A stretch of 64,000 bases of DNA, taken from the NCBI GenBank assembly GCA_905233625.1, contig CAJOFJ010000006.1, forward strand, positions 46,176 through 110,175. The letters are read 5' to 3'. Made by a program: the position numbers and the translations under genes. The notes under the pieces were generated by a model. That model was not told the origin of the DNA and did not search any database. It saw nothing but the letters and a program-made list of their open reading frames with translations. This document shows positions 20,716 through 29,557 of the stretch, piece by piece; positions within the stretch are counted from its first letter, which is position 1, and every line of letters begins with the position of its first letter. Source of the stretch: an uncultured Bacteroidales bacterium (GTDB lineage: Bacteria > Bacteroidota > Bacteroidia > Bacteroidales > WCHB1-69).

Positions 20716-20752
20716 TCGTGGCAGATATTTGCATCATAAAAAAGAATGAACT

Positions 20753-21749
20753 ATGGAAAAAGAAAGTAACATCATCAGAACCCTGAGTTTCCTTGCGCTG
20801 CAAATGGAGGACTCTGAAACAGAACTGCTTAGCGCCATTGCGCCAGAGCTAAACATTGACTACGAGCGCCCCAAGGCACGGGGTGAGCGCCGGCGGAGAG
20901 ATGAAGACGACGAACCGCGATACGCAGACGAAACCATAAAGAAAGTGGTCAAGCAAACCAACATACTCGCAAAATATTTGGATGTCAAACCTTTGCAAGC
21001 CGCATTGTTCGTGGCGGCATTCAGTTGTGAACTGAACGGAAGAGGATTTGAGAAAGAAAGCATTTGCCGATTCTTAAGACTGAATAATATCGAATTTCTA
21101 CTACTGAAAAGCGAATTTGATGACATGATCGCACAAAAAAATCTTTCTTCCAGACTGCAAGACCATCTTCCATAAAGACATTTCATACGTCATAAATTCC
21201 ATCATCAAAGAAAACATTCTGAAAAACAAAAAGCCAGACACTAAAAATTTAACAACCGGCGAGATAGATCGTTTTAAATTTGTAAATATCGTATCTGAAT
21301 ACATCGAAAGCCGTTCCGATGCCCATGCACCCACATTCATACTTTTTGAAACAATCGAGAATTTGGAGGCGCAATGCGCTGAACTTTCATTCATAAAGAA
21401 TGTTGAGAAACTCCACCTTGATGTGGAGAGTCGCTTGCTGTTTTATGAGGTTTGCGACGATTTCATATCCACAAGCCGCAGGGAAAGCGAGTTGGAATGT
21501 ACGCTAAGTGACATCTACGACCAACGGAGGATGCGGTATTCCGTGGCACGAGAACTGAGAGACGAGAGACACAAACTCCAACAGGAAGCGCTTGTCGAAT
21601 TAAGAAAAGAGGATATGTTTGACGACGCCGCTATTGCACTGACAGACAAAGGAAAACATCTGTTTTTGGAAGATGATTACGAACTTTTCTGCACGGCACC
21701 CGCCCCACCCTGGCGGAAATTGAAGAATTGTGCAGGCATGAGAAATTAG
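20753..21749 (+). pseudogene. N-terminal fragment of a large ATPase-like gene, frameshifted in an A7 run and 3'-truncated
   Basis: ORFs 20753..21175 and 21363..21749 are one reading frame shifted by +1. The second frame is open from 21129. A7 run at 21135-21141. Calling the N-terminal region that of Bacteroides AAA-ATPase genes relies on memory only. Confidence 0.5.
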
Positions 21750-21779
21750 GAGATGCAGGGAAAAGTGGTAATATAGGAT

Positions 21780-21962
21780 TCCTTCATTCACCACATAACC
21801 GTTAATCAAATAAGCCTTTAGCACTTTGCTTGCCCATTTGCTGAAATCGACGCCTCGCTGGCTCTTCAAACGGTAACCCACGGAAATGATGACATCAAGA
21901 TTGTAAAGTATGGTAAAATGGGTCTGGTCGCCGTCAACACACATGTGTGCAAATTTTGCACA
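21780..21962 (-). pseudogene. RhuM-family gene remnant
   Basis: CAKFAHMCVDGDQTHFTILYNLDVIISVGYRLKSQRGVDFSKWASKVLKAYLINGYVVNEG matches only the RhuM core; no N- or C-terminal parts. Confidence 0.65.
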
Positions 21963-22139
21963 CATGGTCTCAATGTGTAATTGGAATTGAAAAGTATACC
22001 AGGTAATAATCGAAAAGTATACCACTTCAGTTTAACCATCCCAATCCTGTGAAAGTTTGATTGAGAAACTCTGCCGGCATGAGAAAATAGGAGAAAAAAA
22101 TTGGTTTTAGGAATTAGTATCGCAAACGGCATATTGAAA

Positions 22140-22160
22140 CTATGCCATAAATATGCATAG
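22140..22160. promoter_or_regulatory. 21-bp palindromic operator, copy B
   Basis: CTATGCCA-TAAAT-ATGCATAG; ends 8 nt before TATTTTTG (22169-22176). Confidence 0.6.
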
Positions 22161-22202
22161 TTATAGACTATTTTTGCGGAAACATTAAAATAGCTAACAG
22201 TT

Positions 22203-22715
22203 ATGAACATTAAAAACATTATTATTCCCGTAGGGTTCAATGCCGAGCAGTGTCAGGAGGGCATTATGGCGCATTTTGAAGAAAACAAATTTGTTGAATG
22301 GAAGGAACAACATGACTTTGTAGAGCAATATCTTTATTGCCAAAATGATGGTAATTACGACCTGCCTCTAAAAGTATGGCTGGTAGTATATGATGCACCA
22401 AGCAAGATCATCAAAAAGAATAAGGACAAATGCCCGTCTTTATACATTAATTGTAAGACAATTGGGATAAATTTGAGGCGGTGTAAAGCCCATCATAAGG
22501 GACTTTCTGTGGAAGTAATACGTGTGCTTCCCATCTTGCTTGGCCATCCGCCCGTAGATATTCCCGAAAAATGGTTTGGCAATGTAGTGGACAACTTTCA
22601 CACCCTTAATTTGGAGGAGGAAAGATTGAATGCTGATGGTGAAATGCCCTTTGTGGAGTTCCTGAACAATGTGGATACGAAAATTGCAAGTATAATTAAG
22701 GAGAACCTATGTTGA
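22203..22715 (+). CDS. Hypothetical protein
   Basis: 170-aa ORF behind the operator/-7 box; overlaps the next ORF by 7 nt. Confidence 0.5.
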   Translation: MNIKNIIIPVGFNAEQCQEGIMAHFEENKFVEWKEQHDFVEQYLYCQNDGNYDLPLKVWLVVYDAPSKIIKKNKDKCPSLYINCKTIGINLRRCKAHHKGLSVEVIRVLPILLGHPPVDIPEKWFGNVVDNFHTLNLEEERLNADGEMPFVEFLNNVDTKIASIIKENLC

Positions 22716-23341
22716 AATTCATAAATAACAACCTTTCGATTGGGGATTATGTGGAATTGGAAACTCCTGATGGAAACATATCTGGTTCCATATTGGAAAT
22801 ATTACCTAATTGTTTGGTTTTGTCCGAAAATGGTATACAACTTCGTTATATAGAGGAAAACTTGTTAAGTGTTCGATACATTTCTGCCGATTTTGATGTA
22901 TATAAAGATTGTTACATTCAAAAATTCTTTCCTTTCGAAAAAAATGGACGAACCTTTTACGCTGCAAATTATCATAACACATTGTCTTGTTCAAATTATG
23001 GGAGTGTTATACAACTTTTTTGGAATGAGAATATGAGCCAACTGAAGGGGCATGTTGACTTACCTGATATGATTGATGTTGAAAACGAATACTATAACGT
23101 TGAATCATTAGATGGAGATTATTCCGAGCTCTTTTCGGAATATATCACATCCATCAAACTTCCAAAATGCCTAAAGAGAGTTGGTAGTTGGAGCTTTAAG
23201 GATGCATTTAATCTTCAAAAGGTATTTGTCCCGAATACATTGGTGGATACTGGCGCATATAAGATTGGCGGATGTTCCTCGTGTCAGGTTATCGACCTGA
23301 ACGGCATGCCATTGGATTGGGAGTTTGATCCAGATTGGTAA
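22709..23341 (+). CDS. Hypothetical protein with one BspA-type leucine-rich-repeat-like unit
   Basis: 210 aa; ITSIKLPKCLKRVGSWSFKDAFNLQKVFVPNTL resembles an LRR_5 unit. Confidence 0.45.
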   Translation: MLKFINNNLSIGDYVELETPDGNISGSILEILPNCLVLSENGIQLRYIEENLLSVRYISADFDVYKDCYIQKFFPFEKNGRTFYAANYHNTLSCSNYGSVIQLFWNENMSQLKGHVDLPDMIDVENEYYNVESLDGDYSELFSEYITSIKLPKCLKRVGSWSFKDAFNLQKVFVPNTLVDTGAYKIGGCSSCQVIDLNGMPLDWEFDPDW

Positions 23342-23377
23342 TATTGGGATTTACAGTTAAATAACTTATAAAACAAT

Positions 23378-24388
23378 ATGACTTATCACGAATTATTACA
23401 CAGCGTAAGTTTTGACGAGATTGCACCGTTTATAGAGAATCAAGCTGGCGGTCCCGTAATTCTTGCTCTATACAAAACCCATTACGATATGCTTCGGTTG
23501 CTCACTCCACACCGGGAGGAGGGAGACAATGACACAGCAAACGTCACTAATGCGGAACTTGATTATGATTGGGAGAAACCTCACTTGGACGCTTATCCGT
23601 TAGAGGGTGACTTGTGGGAGGTGAGTTTGGCCAAAGAGCTCATCATAGCCCCAGATGTTACGGCTTCGCTTGCCGAAATCGCTGCATGTTGCCTATGGCA
23701 TACCTCGTTTTATGGTTTTACGCGAGAGCAAAGGCGGGAGACTTTTGAAAAATTTGATTATTATAGTAAAGACCTGTTAGATTGTGATATTGTAAGGATT
23801 GAGGCTTCACAAAAAAGACAGCAAATCGAGGCTGCAGGTGGATACATTCCTACAAAAAACGAAATGTTACGGATGCCATCATTTCGTCAGGCTTTGAGAA
23901 AAAGATTAAGACACAGTATAAAACATATCTGCAAAAAGAGAAGACGTAGGATTGTCAGACGGAGAATCAACAGCTTGTACCAAGAAAGAACTCTTGCCGT
24001 TGGAGAGTTTGTAACTGCTTGTATGCCTGCCTTATCCGAAAGCAAAGAAATGACCCTTTATGATTTATGCAAATTGTTCTATTCTAATCATTTTCGCCAT
24101 TACTCCTACCAGACTTACGCTGGAAACGCAGCTGAAAGAGGGACTTGGATGGTGGAACTAATTGAAAAATACCAAGCAATTGTCGGCAGTGACTTTCCCA
24201 ACGTTATGATTCTTATAACAGTATCGCAGTCTTACCCTTTCAGCGATAATGACCGTAAACTAACAGATCTAATAGAAAGAATGTGTTCAGGCAAAACAGC
24301 TATGCTGATAAAAAATGATGACACATTGGGAGAGGAATTACGGATGGATGTGGCGTTTTATGAGAAAAACAAGTTGGCAAAATGGTGA
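23378..24388 (+). CDS. Hypothetical protein with a strongly basic central segment
   Basis: 336 aa; RKRLRHSIKHICKKRRRRIVRRRI. No family assigned with confidence. Confidence 0.5.
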   Translation: MTYHELLHSVSFDEIAPFIENQAGGPVILALYKTHYDMLRLLTPHREEGDNDTANVTNAELDYDWEKPHLDAYPLEGDLWEVSLAKELIIAPDVTASLAEIAACCLWHTSFYGFTREQRRETFEKFDYYSKDLLDCDIVRIEASQKRQQIEAAGGYIPTKNEMLRMPSFRQALRKRLRHSIKHICKKRRRRIVRRRINSLYQERTLAVGEFVTACMPALSESKEMTLYDLCKLFYSNHFRHYSYQTYAGNAAERGTWMVELIEKYQAIVGSDFPNVMILITVSQSYPFSDNDRKLTDLIERMCSGKTAMLIKNDDTLGEELRMDVAFYEKNKLAKW

Positions 24389-24461
24389 ACCTAAGATTAA
24401 CAGAATTGTTGTATCTTTGTGAACTGTTATAAAAATGATTGTCGTGTTTTAACCATTTGAG

Positions 24462-24956
24462 ATGAAAGACTTTGCAGCTATAGACTTTGAGACGGCCAAC
24501 GGGCAGCGTAGCAGTGTTTGCAGCGTGGGACTGGTGATAGTGCGCAATGGCGTGTTTACCGACAGGTTCTACTCACTCATCAAGCCAGAGCCGGATTATT
24601 ACGCATGGTTTTGTCAACGTGTGCATGGCCTTTCGCATAAGGATACTGACAATGCGCCCGTGTTTCCCAAGGTTTGGCGGCAGATAGAGCCGTTGATTGA
24701 AGGGCTGCCCCTTGTGGCACATAATAGTCCTTTTGACGAAGGCTGCCTTAAATCGGTTTTCCAAGTCTATCAGATGGACTATCCTGATTATCAGTTCTTA
24801 TGTACCTGTCAGGCCTCCCGTGGGCATTTTGGAATGAGGCTGCCTAATCATCAGTTGCATACTGTAGCTGCCGCCTGCGGCTACAATTTGGCCAATCATC
24901 ACCATGCACTGGCCGATGCAGAGGCCTGTGCGTGGATAGCAAGAGAAATATTATGA
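24462..24956 (+). CDS. DEDDh 3'-5' exonuclease (DnaQ-like)
   Basis: AIDFETAN (ExoI), AHNSPFDEGCL (ExoII), HHALADAEAC (ExoIII). TATCTTTG -7 box near 24410. Confidence 0.8.
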   Translation: MKDFAAIDFETANGQRSSVCSVGLVIVRNGVFTDRFYSLIKPEPDYYAWFCQRVHGLSHKDTDNAPVFPKVWRQIEPLIEGLPLVAHNSPFDEGCLKSVFQVYQMDYPDYQFLCTCQASRGHFGMRLPNHQLHTVAAACGYNLANHHHALADAEACAWIAREIL

Positions 24957-25948
24957 TTATGAAAGAGGATCAAATAGTAATATATCAGACCGAGGACGGA
25001 CAGACCCAAATTGATGTTCGTGTTGAGAATGAAACCGTATGGTTAACCCAGGCTCAAATGGCAGAACTGTTTGAGAAAACGCCACAGAATATCACAATAC
25101 ACATCCGCAACGCTTATAATGAAGGAGAGTTAGACCCAAAGTCAACTTGTAAGGAATATTTACAAGTTCAAAAAGAAGGTAAAAGAAACGTTGCTCGTAA
25201 GATAAAATATTACGACCTTGATGTCATTATTTCTGTTGGTTATCGCGTTAAAAGCCAACGTGGTACCGCCTTCCGTATCTGGGCAAGAGGTGTGCTGAAA
25301 AATTATATGTTGAAGGGTTTTGCTGTCAACCAGCAAATTCATCAAAAACAGATGGCTGAGTTGCGCCAGCTAGTTCAGATGGTTGGCCGCACAATACAGA
25401 ACCAGCGTCTGGAGGCAACTAACGAAAACATGGCTTTGTTCGACATTGTGGTTAATTACACTTACGCTCTTGATATTCTTGATAATTATGATTATCAGCG
25501 TCTTACTCTTGGTGAAACCACTCAGGACAGCAAATTCCACGCCACCTACGAAAACGCTATGGAAGCTATCCATTCTCTTCGTGAAAAGTTTGGAGGCGGC
25601 ACATGGTTTGGCAATGAGAAAGACGACTCCTTCAAAAGCAGCATCGGTCAAATATACCAGACGTTTGATGGTAATGATCTCTATCCCAGCGTTGAAGAAA
25701 AGGCCGCCATGTTGCTTTATCTTGTCACAAAGAATCACTCCTTCACTGATGGCAACAAACGCATTGCTGCCACACTCTTTTTGTGGTTCCTCAACAACAA
25801 CGGCATCCTCTATCGCGCGGATGGCAGTAAGCGTATTGCCGACAACACCCTCGTAGCCCTCACATTGATGATAGCCGAAAGCAAACCCGAGGAGAAAGAT
25901 GTAATGGTGAAAGTGGTTGTGAATTTGATTAATCAGAAAAATAATTAG
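24953..25948 (+). CDS. RhuM N-terminal domain fused to Fic/Doc (death-on-curing) domain
   Basis: IVIYQTEDGQTQIDVRVENETVWLTQAQMAELF...DVIISVGYRVKSQRG (RhuM). HSFTDGNKRIAA = Doc motif HxFx(D/N)(A/G)NKR. The ATG overlaps the exonuclease stop (ATGA at 24953-24956). Confidence 0.8.
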   Translation: MIMKEDQIVIYQTEDGQTQIDVRVENETVWLTQAQMAELFEKTPQNITIHIRNAYNEGELDPKSTCKEYLQVQKEGKRNVARKIKYYDLDVIISVGYRVKSQRGTAFRIWARGVLKNYMLKGFAVNQQIHQKQMAELRQLVQMVGRTIQNQRLEATNENMALFDIVVNYTYALDILDNYDYQRLTLGETTQDSKFHATYENAMEAIHSLREKFGGGTWFGNEKDDSFKSSIGQIYQTFDGNDLYPSVEEKAAMLLYLVTKNHSFTDGNKRIAATLFLWFLNNNGILYRADGSKRIADNTLVALTLMIAESKPEEKDVMVKVVVNLINQKNN

Positions 25949-26116
25949 AAAATGTTGCGAATTCCATGCTTTGGTTGATGGAGGAAGAAAGCCTTTTGCC
26001 AAGACTAGTAAAGAACTTTATTTTTCTACTAACAGCAGAAGAGATTGGATAAGAAGGGGTTAAGATTAAAAAATATGTTATATGATTGATTTTTAATATG
26101 TTTCTTAAAAATAATG

Positions 26117-26124
26117 TATTTTTG
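26117..26124 (+). promoter_or_regulatory. Bacteroidetes-type -7 box for the mcrB operon
   Basis: TATTTTTG = TAnnTTTG, 27 nt upstream of the ATG. Confidence 0.55.
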
Positions 26125-26151
26125 CAGTTGGATTAATTCTTAATAATTTAT

Positions 26152-27639
26152 ATGAGTATTAAAAAAATTGGACTAGATAAAAAAGTTACTTCTTTTGATG
26201 AATTGTTTTCTCAATACGTTGTAGCACAAGGGTGGCCAAATTGGGGCGATTTGTCTTTTGCATATACGGCTCAAGATACATCTAGAGATAACAAATTCCA
26301 ATCTTTTATTGAAACGACCTATTTTGATAGTAAAGCTCCACATACTTTTAGGCAACTATTAAAAGAAATTAAGTCGCACGATATAATATTGGCTTTTGAA
26401 GGTAACACTATAAAAGGCATAACAGAAATACCTAATGATTTCGTTTATTTTTATAATGTTGAAATGGAAGACTATAAAAATTGTCTTTTCCCAGTCAAAT
26501 GGGTTCGTTGGAAAGATTTCTGCCATGATAAAAATATATCTCATCAAGGGGGACAGGGTGTACAAGGTATTGTAAATGCAGGTGATTCTGACATTACTGA
26601 ATATGTCAAAAAAAATTGGAGGCATTATAAAGAACAACATGGCATTATTATTCAACCGCAAGAATGCCAAGAAAAACTAGAACAATTGAAAAGAGAATTT
26701 TCCATAAAACAAATTGAAAGCGAAAAGGCTTTCTATAAAAGATTATTAAATGACAAAAATACAACGATGAAGAATACAATAATAAACATTATCAAGACAA
26801 AAAAGAATATAATTCTACAAGGAGCACCCGGAACAGGTAAAACATATAGCACCGCTGCGATAGCCCTTTCTATTATCGGAGACAATTATGATGATCAAAA
26901 TCTATTGTCCAAATATGATACTCTTCGCAACAATGGCCAAATCGAATTTGTCACTTTCCATCAATCCATGGATTATGAAGATTTTATAGAAGGCCTCAAA
27001 CCATCAATAGAAAATGGCACGATTACATATAAAGTTGAGGATGGTGTATTCAAGAGAATCTGCCAAAAGGCAAAAAACAATCCCGACAATAATTATGTTT
27101 TGATAATAGATGAAATAAATCGAGGTAATGTATCAAAGATATTTGGCGAGCTTATATCTCTCATTGAAGCGGATAAACGAATTGGTTGCAAAGATGGACA
27201 TCCATTAACAGCTCGTCTTCCGTATTCAAAAGGAGAGCCATTTGGTATTCCGTCCAATCTTTACATTATTGGAACTATGAACACAACCGACAGAAGTGTT
27301 GGCAGCGTTGATTATGCTATTCGTCGTCGATTTGCATTCTACACGTTGAAATCTGATAGAACTATAGTTGAAAATTCATATAATGACGATAACGACAAAC
27401 ATGAAGCTTCGCAATTATTTGAAGCCGTCAAAAATTTTATTCAGAAAACGAAAATAGACATGGATGTTGATGATTTAATGGTTGGTCATAGTTATTTTAT
27501 GTACCGGGAAGGAGAAAATCTTCAACAGAAATGGAATTATGCTATTTTACCTTTACTCACAGAATACTACAAAGATGGTATTTGCAGTAAAAGTCCTGAG
27601 AAAGATATGTGGAATTTTATTAATACCTACGTTGAGTAA
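26152..27639 (+). CDS. mcrB: McrB-like AAA+ GTPase with a divergent ~200-aa N-terminal domain
   Basis: Walker A GAPGTGKT, FHQSMDYEDFIEG, IIDEINRGNVSKIFGELISLIE, MNTTDRS. These are McrB signatures as I remember them. Confidence 0.85.
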   Translation: MSIKKIGLDKKVTSFDELFSQYVVAQGWPNWGDLSFAYTAQDTSRDNKFQSFIETTYFDSKAPHTFRQLLKEIKSHDIILAFEGNTIKGITEIPNDFVYFYNVEMEDYKNCLFPVKWVRWKDFCHDKNISHQGGQGVQGIVNAGDSDITEYVKKNWRHYKEQHGIIIQPQECQEKLEQLKREFSIKQIESEKAFYKRLLNDKNTTMKNTIINIIKTKKNIILQGAPGTGKTYSTAAIALSIIGDNYDDQNLLSKYDTLRNNGQIEFVTFHQSMDYEDFIEGLKPSIENGTITYKVEDGVFKRICQKAKNNPDNNYVLIIDEINRGNVSKIFGELISLIEADKRIGCKDGHPLTARLPYSKGEPFGIPSNLYIIGTMNTTDRSVGSVDYAIRRRFAFYTLKSDRTIVENSYNDDNDKHEASQLFEAVKNFIQKTKIDMDVDDLMVGHSYFMYREGENLQQKWNYAILPLLTEYYKDGICSKSPEKDMWNFINTYVE

Positions 27640-28898
27640 TGGAGCCTATAGTTCTTCGAGAACATTGTATTTATGATAGGGAAGACCGAAATGACAAGCT
27701 TTCTTTTATAGAATGTCATAATGTCGAATTGGTTGGGACTCCAGATGATTTTATGGGTAAGCCTGACTATCTGGGCGTTAATAACGAATTAGAGTCAAGT
27801 TACTATATTGGTGCCAGTTGGATTGTAAAAAACGAATTGCCATTAATTGTTTTACCTAAAATTAAAAATCTGGATTTTACAGAGATGCTAATAACGGCAT
27901 TATCAGTGGATTCTGAAAACGAGGGTGTGTACTTTTCACAATGTTATGGTATTGATTTTGAAGATCCTTTGATAGAAACCAAAGAACGAGTTGATCAATT
28001 AACACCTATCCTATTGATCCATTATGTGACATTACTTGAAAAGGTTGTTCAAAATGGGCTGAAAAAAGGTTATATCTCGGTAGAAGAAAATCTAAAAGGT
28101 AAAATAAAAGGACATGTTGTCATGTCAGAACAATTAAGACATAATATTATCCCTCATAGATTTGATCGCAATTTTTGTAGATTTCAAATTTATACAGAAG
28201 ACATCCCTGAAAATAGATTGTTGAAAAAAGCACTACTTTTTGCTCAGGCAATGTTGAGTAAGATGATTCGGTATGGACGCCAAACATCAAAAATTCAAAA
28301 TCGAATTAATAAATTGAACAACTCTTTTGAAGGAGTATCCGACAAGATAGATCTTTCTCAGATAAAATCTATCACAACCAATAAATTATTTCGCTACTAT
28401 CCCGAAGCTATTCGTGTTGCCAAAGACATACTAAAACGCTTTGACTATTCAATCTCCAATATTTCATCTGAAAACCACAAGACACCTCCATTTTGGATAG
28501 ATATGTCTAGATTGTTTGAATTGTATGTTTTTAGTAAACTGGAAGAAGCATACCACACACAAATTAGATTCCAAGTGTCTGGTTATGGTCAAACAAAAGC
28601 TGATTTTATTCATATAGGAGAACAAATAATAATAGATGCTAAGTACAAACCTGAATATGATTATGGGTTTGAATTAGCAGATATCAGAGAAATAAGTGGA
28701 TACTCTAGAGACCTTAAAATTCTTAAACATTTTGGTCAAGAACTTATAGATTTCAACCAAGAAACAAAATGTTTGATTATTTATCCCGGCAATAATTCTA
28801 TCATAAAAGATTGTCTATTATGGGATCAAAGCAATGTGATACCTGATTTTAGAGGTTTTCGCAAGTTTGGAATTAAAATCCCCTTAATCGGTAAATAA
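27639..28898 (+). CDS. mcrC: McrC-like PD-(D/E)xK nuclease subunit
   Basis: 419 aa; ADFIH...IIIDAKYK catalytic-type motif. The start shares one base with the mcrB stop (TAATG). Confidence 0.75.
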   Translation: MEPIVLREHCIYDREDRNDKLSFIECHNVELVGTPDDFMGKPDYLGVNNELESSYYIGASWIVKNELPLIVLPKIKNLDFTEMLITALSVDSENEGVYFSQCYGIDFEDPLIETKERVDQLTPILLIHYVTLLEKVVQNGLKKGYISVEENLKGKIKGHVVMSEQLRHNIIPHRFDRNFCRFQIYTEDIPENRLLKKALLFAQAMLSKMIRYGRQTSKIQNRINKLNNSFEGVSDKIDLSQIKSITTNKLFRYYPEAIRVAKDILKRFDYSISNISSENHKTPPFWIDMSRLFELYVFSKLEEAYHTQIRFQVSGYGQTKADFIHIGEQIIIDAKYKPEYDYGFELADIREISGYSRDLKILKHFGQELIDFNQETKCLIIYPGNNSIIKDCLLWDQSNVIPDFRGFRKFGIKIPLIGK

Positions 28899-28899
28899 A

Positions 28900-29412
28900 A
28901 TGCTTACTTTCATCTCCAACACCGACCACTACACCGAAGTGCTTTCACGAGTATCTTCCGTGAAGCACACGCTTTGGATAGGTACTGCCGACATAAAAGA
29001 CCTATATGTTGACATCGGCAAGGAGAAGAAACCTTTTTTGGCTCTCATTGTCCAACTTATCAGGCGTGGGGTGGAGGTGAGGCTCATACATGCCAAAGAA
29101 CCAGGTCCTAATTTCAGAGAAGACTTTGACAAATACCCTGTGCTTTTCGACCGACTAGAGCGAGTGCTTTGTCCGAGGGTACATTTCAAGATGCTTGTAT
29201 TCGATTGCCAAACCGTATACATTGGCAGTGCAAACCTCACCGGTGCGGGCATCGGCATGAAATCCGATGGCAAGCGAAACTTCGAGGCTGGAATCCTTAC
29301 AGACGACCCCGAAATAGTTGTACAAGCGATGAATCAATTCGACGACGTATGGATCGGTAAACACTGCAAGTCTTGTAAACGCAGAGATTATTGCCCTGAT
29401 CCCATCGAATAG
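28900..29412 (+). CDS. Single-HKD phospholipase D-family (Nuc-like) nuclease
   Basis: HFKMLVFDCQTVYIGSANLT is an exact HxK(x4)D(x6)GSxN motif. 170 aa. Starts 1 nt after the mcrC stop. Confidence 0.8.
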   Translation: MLTFISNTDHYTEVLSRVSSVKHTLWIGTADIKDLYVDIGKEKKPFLALIVQLIRRGVEVRLIHAKEPGPNFREDFDKYPVLFDRLERVLCPRVHFKMLVFDCQTVYIGSANLTGAGIGMKSDGKRNFEAGILTDDPEIVVQAMNQFDDVWIGKHCKSCKRRDYCPDPIE

Positions 29413-29479
29413 TTTTCGTAAAACTATTTCTTGACATTGGTATATTAGCATCGAAAGGTCTTCTTTTTTGCCCTTATGA

Positions 29480-29500
29480 CTATGCTTTTATTTGGCATAG
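29480..29500. promoter_or_regulatory. 21-bp palindromic operator, copy C
   Basis: CTATGCTT-TTATT-TGGCATAG; ends 8 nt before TACTTTTG (29509-29516). Confidence 0.6.
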
Positions 29501-29557
29501 TGGTGTATTACTTTTGCTCCATCTTAATTCAAATTATTCACAAAAACAATAAAAAAG

